Assembly: GCA_000708835.1 (NCBI GenBank)
Contig: DF237077.1
Span: 62,001-126,000 of the forward strand
Length of the DNA: 64,000 nt
Direction: 5' to 3'
Source: Klebsormidium nitens
Lineage: Eukaryota > Plantae > Klebsormidiophyceae
Shown here: piece by piece, positions 25,201 to 37,200 of the stretch
Numbering within the stretch: position 1 is the first letter of the stretch
Layout: the number at the start of each line of letters is the position of its first letter
Program-made: the position numbers and the translations under genes
Notes under the pieces: model-generated
What the model saw: the letters and a program-made list of their open reading frames with translations, nothing else
Told to the model about the DNA's origin: nothing
Databases searched by the model: none

Positions 25201-25259
25201 TGGTACTCTGCAGGCACGCTAGGAAAGGCGCTGGTGGGCGCATGACTTTGATCTGACAT
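22210..25259 (-). CDS. Hypothetical protein resembling an uncharacterised bacterial family, 4 exons, ~282 aa
   Basis: Exons: 24957-25259, 23951-24087, 22920-23126, 22210-22411 (849 nt, all GT-AG, phases consistent). Motifs are GVWRRTLL, RVFWLQT, QQGFGGVTEV, QWTRQADFQPP..DIGRM, YFEDWAR, LDFEISYG and STLPWREG. Confidence 0.8.
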
Positions 25260-26253
25260 TGCGGAACGGGTCCGCTATGCAATCTGACTTGGAGGTTGAA
25301 GCGTAGCTGCAATCCCCTAATATACACCTATCTGAGCAGATCTCAGCACAGGTGCAGTGCGGATGCACCTCTTACCTCACAGTTTCGACCAATTGGAAAG
25401 GAAGCTCTTAAAACTTTCTTGGAAGTTAATATGCGTGCCTTGGAAGTTGCCGGAATTGTCGAGCCAAGGTCGACCTCAGCACTTAAACCACCAGGGGGAT
25501 CATCCTGAAACTTGAAGCTCAAAATCTGCTCAAGCCGGCTAGCTGGCTCTGACGCGTGGCACCAAGCGGCATCGACATGTGCTGCTCTGACTGCAAGGTA
25601 GCAATGCCGTGCACAGTGAAAGCTTTGACTTGAAATTCATGCCAGCCCATGAGTGGGAGCTTCTATTCATGATAGATCGTCTCAAAGTTTGCTGTTTAAC
25701 TGCAGTGATGCTTTTTTCCCTGCTATAAGTTTCAATTCATGAGCTCGCAAGCAATACATATGGAAAAACCAATGGTTTGTTACGTACGCAAAAACTTCAT
25801 GTGTGATGGTGCTCAGTGTGCAGCTGCAAAAAGCTCAGCTTGCGTGGTTTCAAGAAGTCATGTTCTTGCCAAATGCACCATCTGGTAAAAACCTCGTTTG
25901 GCAAATAAGCACGTGTACACGATCGACGATCAAAGGGCGCCTGTTTCATGCATATATGCAGAACAAAAGAAATCCTTTCTTGTCTGATCAGATCGAGCCC
26001 AGAACCGGGATATTTGCAGAACTTGAGCGGGCATGCAAATTCTATCTTTCAACGCGTAGGTCTCATGACCATGAATCGAAACCACGACAAACAATTCACC
26101 ATTCAACCCATGCAGCTGCCAGAGAAGAAAAATCGAGCTGAGCAGGAGCAATCAAGCCCCCTCCGTATCAATGGATTGCAAGCTCGACCAAAAAGGCAAA
26201 CAAGCTTACAGCCTTTGTTCTATCCAGTGGGATCATCTAGCTAAGCTCGGTGA

Positions 26254-29200
26254 TCAGATCACTCTGATCTCGTACTCTCCAGCCATTGTGATGTATCGAA
26301 CCCAGGGCAGTGCTTGGTACCCGCTCTTCTCAATGATCTTCAAGTATCGCACCTGCATGCAAACCTTTGCATTAAGCGGAGGGCATTCACACGAGCCAAA
26401 GTGGAATCAAGTCACTCTGCAACGTATACCCCATCCTGCAACAATACAAATCGAGGACTGAAGCATGCCGAGCAAATGTCTCTCGACTCCAATCTGCAAC
26501 CGCCTCCAATAATCTCATTGAGTCGGCTAATAACCAGGTGAAAGAGACTCAACAAATCGATAGGGCTGCCAGATTCCTGCTTTTGCGCCCCTATGCCCAG
26601 ACGACTGCCTGACTCTATGTCTGGTTCGTGCCTGTTCGTCCACAATCAAGTAGGAAACACGTGTAATCAATCGAAGATGGAACTGATATAGAAAGGAAGA
26701 GCTCGGAAGACTCGACTTGTGAACAGTTTCGAAACCCCTGTAGATCGATGAAAAAACGAGGTGGCAACTCACCTGGATTCCAGACACCGTGAAGTACGGA
26801 ATCTCGAACTTCACCCGAATGGGTGGGCGCTTCTCCGGCGTGTCCTCTTCAGGCGCCACACTTGGGAGGCTGAACTTGGCCCGCAGCATGTACTCCTGCA
26901 AAAGCAAAGCCCGAGCACGTCAGCAGGACGAAACTTTGCGCAATTTCTGCACAATCCACGGTTTCAGCCGCAGTAGCCAACGCTTGATCTTCTTCAAGAG
27001 CTCCACACAGCACATCGCAAAGCTTCTTTCGTCGATGTCAAAGCCGAACCAGAGAGAAGTCATCGGCATACTGAAGGCTATCTTAACCAGGCGCAAACTG
27101 TCTGGCTCCTCCCCAAATATATCCCCGATAGTGCTGCAACAGACTCGCCGTCGGACTCAGTGAAGAAGATGCATCAGTTTAAGGAACGGTTTTGAGCATT
27201 TGAATAGATGTCATCCATTTAAGGCCCACCTTTCCACCGGGGAACGACTTTATCTTCCACAGCAGGGCCTCCCGCTCGGGCGCATACGTGGCCGTCCCCA
27301 TGGTGCATCGCACTGCCGGCGTGGTGGCGTCCATCGGAACCGGCAGCTCGATCTCCACGTTGGTGGCGGTGCTGCGCTCCTTGAACTGGCTCTTGGCCTT
27401 CACCATGAACTCGACGCGGCTGCGCGAATGCCGCTCCACTTGGCACTCCACCCACACGAGCGGCCGGATCTGTGGCGAAACGAAGTAGCTAAGCTCAAGT
27501 GTGACGTGTGTCGACTTGCATATGATGATTGTTTCGGGTATATATTTCAGGGGAGGAAGGGAGCTTCTGCCAAGGATCATCGGTATCCCCAACACAGAGG
27601 ATTGTTTCGAAAGCTCATTGCTTCCAGGGCCAGCTCTCAGTAACGATTCGTCGACCAGGATTTACTCAGAGCCGCATAGAAATTTAAAAAGACAGCTCGA
27701 CGATGCAACTCTGCAACACATTCTTTCGGCTTCAGCCAGATCTTGCACCTATCAAGAGCTTGGGCCCACCTGTGTGCTCAACCGATACGTCATCAAGTCA
27801 AACGCGCCATCAGGGGGGATGAAGGAGATGGTCCGATCATTCTCGAAACGAGCTAACCGAACACACCTGCAAGTCAAAGCAGGAAGATTCAAGATGACAG
27901 CAAGAATTCAATGATAGAAAGAAATCACATGCGTCTTCAATTCTGGCCGTGCTGCTTCAGAGATGGCCAAAGGGCTGGCACGAGGTGGCAGCTCAAAACC
28001 ACGACACCGGACTCTACACAAGAGCAGCAAAGTTTGGGCGGAGGAAGCAATCAAGAGCCAATAGACTATCTGGAGAGGCTTGCTGACGAACAGTAAGCTC
28101 ACACAAAGGGAAACAACCAGAACACAAAAACTATCTAGACAAAGTGTCCCATAGAATTTTCCATAAGGCTACAATTTTGGCACTGAGAAATCAAGCCCCC
28201 AACTACTCACTGGTGGAACTTGATGTCGTCCAAGTCAATGGCTTTCCCTTTTGAGGCCCTCCCTTGCGCCTCCAGCAACACCCGGTCGTTGAGCCCCAGC
28301 TTGCACTCTGGCATGCCACTGAGGTAGGTTCGCATTTTGAGTGCCCCAACAACCTCAGACCTCACCAGCTGCCCGTTGCTGTTTACCAGGATGTTGACAC
28401 TCTCAACGACGTCCAAGAAGACCTGCCAGAGAGATGATCTTAGGTCACCACGATGAGAGCAGCTGGAGGTGCAACCGTGCCTCTCTGCTTCACTCTATAA
28501 CGAGCGATAGCATGCTTCAAAACTCCCACATGCAATTGCAGTGACAAGACTTGCTTAGCAGCCCCAAAGGGGAATCAAATCACTCTTGCAGCAGCTCCAC
28601 ATGGTCCAAGCAGTTGTACACGCACAAATCAGACCTTCCGAAACTACATATCGCAGAGAATTTGCGGAAAGCACCCTCACCTCGTTCTTCTTGTACCTGA
28701 TGCCCTCGCTACGCCACGAGACAGCATTTGTGACTGCCATTGGCGGACGCTGCGTAACCTCCATCTTGTAGGCATCCGTTTTGATGAACTCGCTCAAAAT
28801 CTTGGCTTCAGTGTACTGGGGATACCCATAGTCCATCATCTCGTCCAAAAGCTCATACTGCAAGACAAGGAATCAAAGATACACTTCAAGAGATCAGATT
28901 CTTGAACCTTACTTTTCTAACCAGCTCAGGTGGAATCCTTATGATAGGGCATGCTTCAGGCTCCAGAGGATTGTTAGAACAGAAACAATTCTTAACTACA
29001 GAGCTAGTGCAACACTCACCACAACAACGAAGTTATCACGGAGTGACTCCTCCTCCAGCTCCTCAAAGTAGTGCTTGAAAACCTGCAATCAGGCATCATA
29101 CATCATCAGGTGAGCAATTGATTGTATGCAGAGGCAAAGAAGCAACAGCAAATCAATCACCTCAACTTCAGAAAACTCCTGCTGCACCTGTCCATCATCT

Positions 29201-29841
29201 TTGTCAGCTTCAACTCCTATACATCCAAAAGAGTGGGGGCTTCGGGATGGCTCTACTCACATCCACTATTCTGTGCAGAAAGAGTAGCAAACTGGCTGCG
29301 TTTGCATTCTGCCGGGAGACAGCCATGAGGTAGAGATTGTTGTGCTGGATGTACATGTAGGTCACCCCATCGTCAAAGACAACGGGATTGTTTGATGAGG
29401 GGTTCTCGCTCTGCAGGTAAGATACAGTGACGTCGGGTGATTAGGAACACAAGGAAGGTTTGCGTATGCCCTGATCTTACCACCTGCCTCTCAACAACCG
29501 ACGACCCCAGAGAGCACAATCATCATTGGAGCTCTTTCATCTGGATGGATGAGCTGCTAATACTTGACAGTACTGCTCAGAAACCTCACCGACACGAGGT
29601 GTTCAAGCAAAAGGATGTACATGTCCAATTGGATCATGGCGTCAATCGGTGCAGCATGGAATGGAGGCAGCAAATGTGCAATAAGACAGCAGACCTTATT
29701 ACTTGCCTGTTGATCCATGAGCTTGTTGAAGAACCTCTCCGCTTGGGTTGCCGAGACATCCCCTCTATAGTCCCGCCAGATGAGCACACGTCCCTTCACA
29801 TCCATGATAAAGACGGCAGAAGCGGCACCTGACTTTGCCAT
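26254..29841 (-). CDS. AP1M: AP-1 complex subunit mu (clathrin adaptor medium chain), 9 exons, ~431 aa
   Basis: Exons: 29707-29841, 29261-29410, 29020-29082, 28681-28857, 28211-28422, 27770-27866, 27230-27469, 26773-26895, 26254-26352. It closely follows plant AP1M motifs: [74 protein letters not shown] and FEIPYFTVSGIQVRYLKIIEKSGYQALPWVRY. Confidence 0.96.
29411..29706 (-). other. Probable GC-AG intron 1 of AP1M
   Basis: The donor ACAG|gcaagt matches the strong GC-donor consensus. A weaker in-frame GT donor 12 nt downstream (AAG|gtctgc) is an alternative. Confidence 0.65.
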
Positions 29842-31247
29842 GGGTACTAAGCTTTGTAACCCTAAATTGGAAGCCATGATTCTTACTGACTTTCAAAACC
29901 CTAGAACTTGGCTGGAACTGATCAGTGCTGCCAGAGGTCGACCATCTGCAGCTAAAAGCTTCTAAACCCAGGGGAAATCCGTCAATTATCCCCTATCGGC
30001 TGCACACAAAGAAGATACTTTCAGGATAAAAGCAGGTAACCAATCATAGCCGTAAGCTGATCCCCACTACAACAGATGGGATCCAAGTGAAAACAAGGAA
30101 AGGATACAATGGGAGGTGTAGAACCTACAGATGCAAGGAGTCTGATCAATCTGGCAAACCTGTCCTTGATTGAGATCCGAAGTATTCATTTCAATTGGTC
30201 CAGCAGTTCATCAAAATCAGATAGATGGACGCCTTTATTGACGTACATGCAACTCGAAAGGATCCTGATTCATATTTTCGGCAGAGCCATGAGAACTTTG
30301 ATCGAAAAGGAGAAGTCCAGCAGAGAGCAAATAACATAACAAGCGTTATGCAGCTTCAAGCGAGATTGGGATGACTTCAAATTGGCGAGTTTCATGGGAT
30401 CACCTGAGCATTGGGGATGCAATCGTGTTGCTCAGCGCCCAAGGAGGCAGCAGGGTTCAATCCCCCTATTTCCCAAGCCAAATTTTCAAATCCCAAGCTC
30501 CTCACGCCATCCTAGGTGTTTTCAGCCTGCAGCTCAGCCTTCAGGCAAGAACTTGAAGAATGCCTGCACGCCCCTGCCAGCTGACCGGACGTGTGCTGGT
30601 CCCCTGCACAGGACTGCATGAGTCCGTTTCAACCGCCAGGCAAGCTCAGCAGTCCGACCTGCAGTGCAACTCTGTCTACAGTGGATGAAGCGTGTACCGG
30701 TAAAGGACTGCAAAACAGGACTTGGCCCGGGGCCTGGTCCTGGGCAATGGACCATGGTCCTACGGTGACCTCCTACCGTGGCACCTGAACGCTTCTTCTT
30801 CGGAGGTACCTACCTAAGAGCAGCCGAACCGGGCACCATCGACCGTCGGGCTCACCCCGGGTAGACCCGGTTCATGGTGCCGGCCCGGAGGCTGGAGCTG
30901 GTCAACTCTCCCTCACCACGTGGGTGCGCTCGCGTCGATTTCATGAGCTCCGGGTCAAAGCGATGATCACCCTCAATTCCATCATGATCATGCCAATGGC
31001 GGTGAGCTAGGTACACCTTGCACCTGCTTTGCTGTACCTTGTTTTCTCTGCCTCTTCTCACCCTCCTTGAAGACTTTTGAAATCCTTCGAAAGCTGATTT
31101 CTTCCTCCGGTTTCAGTCCAGCCTTCTTGTTGTCCAAGGCAAGTCTACTCAAGTAACCGTCAGCTAAACTTTCATCGCAAACATACCCTTTGAACCCCCA
31201 ACACAATTTGCAACGCCCAGGTTCGGAGCTGCGAGCTGCCAATTGTA

Positions 31248-34200
31248 ATGAAGATGGAGTCGGATGATTGGACCTGGAGGCAAAATGCAGCTGTGCTCCG
31301 CTTGCAAGAAGCTGCCGGGCTGGGTGGCGGTATGAGTGGTCTGTCATGGCAGGTGCTGAGCTTCTCAAGCCCCTCTGGATGCAATGAAAAGAGGAAAATG
31401 CAGGCTTCTAGGAGAAAAGAAAATGCAGGCTTGACAGTTTGCGACCGTCCTTTAGCTGCAAGGTTGAGAGACAGAAGCTGCTGTGACTCTGACCAAAGTA
31501 TGGGACAGGTCCAACCAGCGAACATCAACGCTCCATTTTGGCCAGTCAGTGGTGTGGCCTGTCTGTCCAGCAGTCTCCCTGGGAGAAGCCTTGAAGATAT
31601 CCGAGCGGTGTTCAATGAGATTGACAAGAACCAGGACGGGAAGCTGACCGAGTCCGAGCTGGTAGCATTTGCTGCTGAGAGGGGCCTCCCCACAACATAT
31701 GTGAAGGAGTTCTTGGAAGCAGCGGGGGTGTCGCACGCCGTAGACCTGCACACAGCCCTGGCGGGCCTTGTAAAGAATCTGAGGAAGCCGCTGCGGTGGC
31801 CGGGCATCCAGCGGAAGAATGCTGAGAAAAGTGAGGCAATTCTCCAACATTGGTTACGTAAGCTGTAAAAATTGTTGAGGAAGAGGGCCCTCAGACTGTC
31901 TGGTTTTTTGTCTCTCAATACTTTTGTGGTCAATATGCTGGCGCGAAGCTCACTTTCAGCAAGCTGGCCACTAGCAAGAATGAACAAACTGCCCTTGCTT
32001 GTTCGCTCTCTGCTTCATTTTCTCTTACACATCACAGCTCATGAATAGTATGATTTTAGTTGTCAGAAGAAGGCGTCAAGACCTTCAATCGATATCTGGT
32101 TTCTTGACTTGACTCCTTAAAGCATGCTCAACATCCTTGGCCGATTTGAATCCCAGGTGTTTTTCTGGTGACTTCCTGCACTTTGCTTTCGCAGCTGACT
32201 GTCAAGTGTCACCGAAGCAGCACACTATTGATATGCTTTTGTTGTACGCTACCCCGTTCAAAATCCCACACCTCCTCTCCAGGCTGGCTGCAGAGCCGGC
32301 GGGTGCCGTTCCTCTCCCAGCCCCGCACAGTCGACTTCGATGCCTTTCAGAGCTTCGTCCAGTCCAAGGACGCAGCCATCGAGCAGGCCTTCCGAGCCCT
32401 GGACCGCGATGGGAACGGCGAGATCACGCGCCAGGCAAGCGTGGCTTTACAGCCTGATATTTGCCCATCTCTGCATTCTTACATGGAGGAAGTGCACACG
32501 ATCAATTAAAAGAGCTGATCGAACTTTTATAGCCGCCAGCCGGGCGTACTTCCGCTGCTGTCCGTTGCCAAATGGCGAAAGAGGAGTGTTACATACATTC
32601 TGCAAGCCAAGGAGCCACCAATTTTTATGTAAAGTTGAACCTGTTATGAGGCCCTACACTGTTCAGAAAGCGACTTTTGAGAGGCTGGGACACCTCTCTT
32701 AGGCTTCGTGCTATGTGTGATCGAGTCTCTGAAGGCACACTCCCATGGAAACACTAAAAGAACGTCAGATTTCACTGCAATCCGTCCTCGAGTCCTCAAC
32801 AATCCTGATCAGTCGAGATAAGAACATAGGAAAAGCAATATTGAGATCCATATCAGAGAATTGCAGGAACTCGAGGATGGCATCCGCCATGTGCGAGTAA
32901 TCTGCGGGGGGGAGAAGGAGGAGGGGGACTCGACGGTGTTCCGGCCCAAGATCGTGTGTGCTCAGAAGATGATCCGGCTCATGGCCAAGGAAGAGAAGCA
33001 GACCATCAGCTACCGAGTAAGGACGACTCTGCTCTGCTTTTATGGTCCGATTTGTCGCAACTACACCTCTTCAACAAACGACGTGCCTTTTAGCCAGGCC
33101 GAACTTTGATGCTACATTCGTCTCGGAGAAATGGAAGATGTATTCATCGATGCACTCCCACATCCAGCAAACCCGTTCTCGTACTTCGTGTAAGTCTCAA
33201 GACACTGTCTGGGTGAAGCAACCGTAGCAAAGGCTTCAGCGGATCCGCGACCGCTCAAGCGTTGAAGCCACGCTACATATCTTTGCACTGTTTTTGACGG
33301 CCCGACCTTTGTTTCTTGTTGCAGGAGTTCCGGGACTTCTTCACTCTGCTGCCTAAGTCAAGCTATCTGATGGACTACTGGCTGAGCGCCAGCTGCTGCC
33401 GCGTGGTCGACCTGGGTTACAATGTGGAGGTGGGTTAGCAGTTTCAGTTTTCTTTTTGAGGTCGTCTTCATATGTACCGAAACCGTCCCGGGGCCCCGTA
33501 CTCCGCATCTTTCCGGGCGAATTCCATTACCGACTTCTGATGCCACTTTCTTCTGATTCCATTGTCTCGGTGGGAGTGCTGTGAGTACAACAACGTCACT
33601 GCTTGTTAGCTGGCGTTGAAGTTGCTTTTCAGAACTCTTTTTCGCTCTTTAACATTGTTACGAGGTAGCTAAAAGCAAGTCACGGAGACGCACATGCCCG
33701 TCAAATGCTGCACTACGAATCTTTGGCTGAGCACGATCGGGCATGAGGTTACCAGTAATTCGCTTCGCATTCTTCTTCGAAGTGGTCCTCGCAAGGACGG
33801 CCTGCAATTGACTCGTTCTGATCGTTTTCGTACCTAGATTGAATTGAACGGTGTGATCCAGCCGGATGAGCGTTTTCTGATCTGGGCACGTCACCCCGCT
33901 TGATCAGGAACAAAGGGCTTGCGAGTCGTTGCTTTGGCGACTTCATCACCGAAAGCTGCAAAATTGACAGGTTCAACTCTCAAAAAGCAACGATCTTTAG
34001 TGAAACCACAGTCGCAAGGATTGGACCGATTGCATTTAGAAGGCTTTCGCTCACGTGGTTGGGCAAAGGAACACCATCTTCGTCTTAATCTTCCAGCACG
34101 CGTGCCTTCATTTTGTCCCTTGTCAGCCCTGATTGAAAGCCGCGCCCTCTTATATTCTCACTCAGATGCTGTCGAAGGACGCCGAAAGCGCCGCCACTCC

Positions 34201-37200
34201 GGCCGGCAGCCCCTGGAACCACCTCGTGGCGGGGGGGCTGGCCGGGGCTGTCTCGCGTACTGTCTCCGCCCCCCTAGAAACGATCCGGCTGCAGATGATG
34301 ATCAAATCGTCATCCGACATGGGGGCGGCCGCGAAGGACATCGTGAAGGGGGGCTGGCCCGCGTTCTTCAAGGGCAACCTGACCAACGTGAGTTTCCAGA
34401 CTTCGTTGCCTTATGTACGGCCCAGATCGTATACCGCCGAAGTTCTCCGGATGCAATTTGCTCTTTTGGTCATGCTTGAGAAGTACTGACATTGGGGAGA
34501 TATTGTTGAATAAAGTAGCTTGAAAACAGGGAATGCCAAGAATCTTCTTACCCGGCTCAATAATCAGCCTGTTTCGTTATTTGTGCTTTTCTATCTTCAG
34601 ATTGTCGCTGAGCCTGCTAGGAAAGGCAAACTCCTTACGCTCTTCAGTTATTTCTCTTCCTTCCTTTCGCCGTCTCGTTAAGCGCCGGGAGATCAGTAGG
34701 CTTGTTTGAAGGAACAACGATGTCTTGGGAGATATTCTACCCTATTGTCAGAGAAAGCCCAGAGAGTCTGTTACGAGAGAGAGCCCAGACTGGTCTAAGC
34801 ACCTGGAAGGCGTCAGATAGGGCGCCAAGCAGTTCTTTGTCTTCCGCTGTAAGGCAGCCGTCCCCGACTCTGACGGGCCTTGACCGCCCGCTACTCTGCT
34901 TCAGGTCATCCGGGCGGTCCCTCAGAAAGCCATCGACTTCTTCGCCTTCGAGGCCTACAAGATGCTGCTGAATGGGGACAGCCAGAAGCCGGTAAGACCT
35001 TTTTCGAAAATGCACAATCATGCTTTGAAGATGTACAATCATGCTTGCTTCTATATCAACGATTCTATAAGCGCAAAAGGTATACGGGCGGTCTTCAGAA
35101 TGCCGTTGATTGCTTTGCCTACAAGCTGCTGCTGAATGGGGACAGCCAGAAGTCGGTGAGTGCCTTCTATGAGATGTACGATCACGCTTGCTTTCATAAG
35201 CAACGATTGTACAGGCGGAAATTGGACCCACACTCGCTTAGCTGCTTTTTGGGCATTTTGTTTCTTCTTCACGCTGCCCAAACTGTCTTTATTTCTGCGC
35301 TGGAGATCTCGTCTGCGAGTGACTGAATAGGGGTTAAATACCTGATGTTTATAAAACGGCATCCACATCGGATCGTATTCGTTTTGAACGTGAGGCAAAA
35401 AAGTACTGACCTCGGTCTATTCTGTTCTCATGCGAAAGTATCAGGTTTGAATGTTTTTGCTATCAGTCAATCTTAACTCGCCGCAGAGCGCCAAACGACC
35501 GGAGTGATCTTCGCCAACGCTTCACAGTAGCCCGCTCATGTCTCTTCTTTGCACTACAGAAAGAGATGCATCCTTTTAGTACTGTACTCTTCCCATGTTT
35601 CTGACACGCGACCCTTCCTGCGCTGCCAGGTGTCAAACGCGCAGGTCCTTATGGCAGGCGCGCTGGCAGGGGCTACTTCGACACTCATTCTGTACCCCCT
35701 GGACGTGGTCCGCAGCCGGCAGACCGTCCAGGCAGTGCCTAAGTACAAGAACCTGGTGCACGCCCTGCACAGTATCGCCACGGAAGAAGGCGCCGGGGCG
35801 CTCTACAAAGGTAAGCCATTTCGCGCCTGCTTTCAGTCTCCTCTATTCTTCCCTGTCTGAACTCCGGAGGCCTGCTCCGTTTAGAATGTTTATATTGCTC
35901 GCGCTCGCATTCTCTGGTGAAGCAAAGCCCGAGACTTTGACAAGGCGCTCTCGCCTGACCTGCCTCGAAATGCTTCCCGCTTCGGAGCGGTATGTTTTTC
36001 CGTCGCTTTACGAAGCTCAGGCCGAATCTCTCGACCAAGGACCTTGATGGATCTACAGTAGAGCGCCACGGGATAACTTTCACAAAACAGTTGTCTGTTA
36101 CTGTTATCAGAAGACGTTCTGGCCGGTCATTGGACCACGTCCTGACCCAATACGTCCGTGCAAAACGGTAGCCATGTCACCATTCAGACCCTCGTGGAGG
36201 GGTCTCCCACTGAACGTTGGTGCACATTTGTTGAGTACTTACTTGCAACGGCTGTCCAGTGGGCTTCAAGGAAATAGTGGTTCCGTAACGCTGGACGGTC
36301 TGCCGTACTCAGCAATGAGTAACCACGGGCTTCCCACTTGGCTGTTCCACACGTCAACGTATGGCTCTCCAACATTCTACAGCATTTTGCCGCAAACCTG
36401 CCAACGCGTTCCAAATGCTCGGAGCATGGTTCCTGATCTCAGACCGTCCACTCGACGACAAGGAAGGCATCGAACGGCTCAAAATCAGGAACCATGCTTG
36501 GGAAGATCGGAACCTGATGGCAAGTTTGACGCAAACAGCTGTACCATAACCTCGCTCTCGCGTTTCCCCTGATAGGACTACGCCCCAGCATCGTGGCGAT
36601 CATTCCGGAGGCGGCCATCACGTACGGCGCGTTCGACATTCTGAAGAAGGGCTACCGGAAACTCGCCAAAGTGGAAGAAGTGCCCGTTCCTGCCGCCCTC
36701 TTCTGCGGCGTCTCGTCCGCGCTGATGGGCCAGATCGTGGCGTTCCCGCTCGAGCTCGTCAGCAGGCGGCTGCAGGTGAGGACCGCTTAGCCGCTGAAAT
36801 CGCCGAAGCCTACTCTGTGTCGTTCCTCTGTAGTGTTTGGTGTTCCTTACCAGTCAATATTGGCTTGCCTCTTTACTCGTAGTGAAGAGAGAGCCATAGA
36901 TTTCGGCGAACGCCGCGGTTCGGGCGACGCTGTACGACGTCGCGGTGCGGGCCTGAGTGGTCCGAGTCTGCGGTGGACTTCCGACATAGCCGGCGTTCGA
37001 CGAAAAACGTACAGTAAAGCCGAACAGAAAAACAACTTACCAGTCAATATTGTCATTACCCTAGAAAACAATGTTCTTTGCTCTCTGCATTCATAAGCGT
37101 CCGCTTTTCCTTCTGATGTGTCAATCGTGGCGTTCGTGCTCGAGCTCCTCAGGAGGCGGTTAAAGCTGAGGACTGCTTAGCAGCCGAAAGCGCTGAAACT

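Noticed and set aside
29858-29970. Telo-box / interstitial telomeric repeats (AACCCTA-like words; also ~42746)
   Set aside because: These are isolated 7-8-mers, not arrays, and are compatible with chance.
31172-31987. 271-aa minus-strand ORF
   Set aside because: It is antisense to carrier exon 1, which holds the EF-hand.
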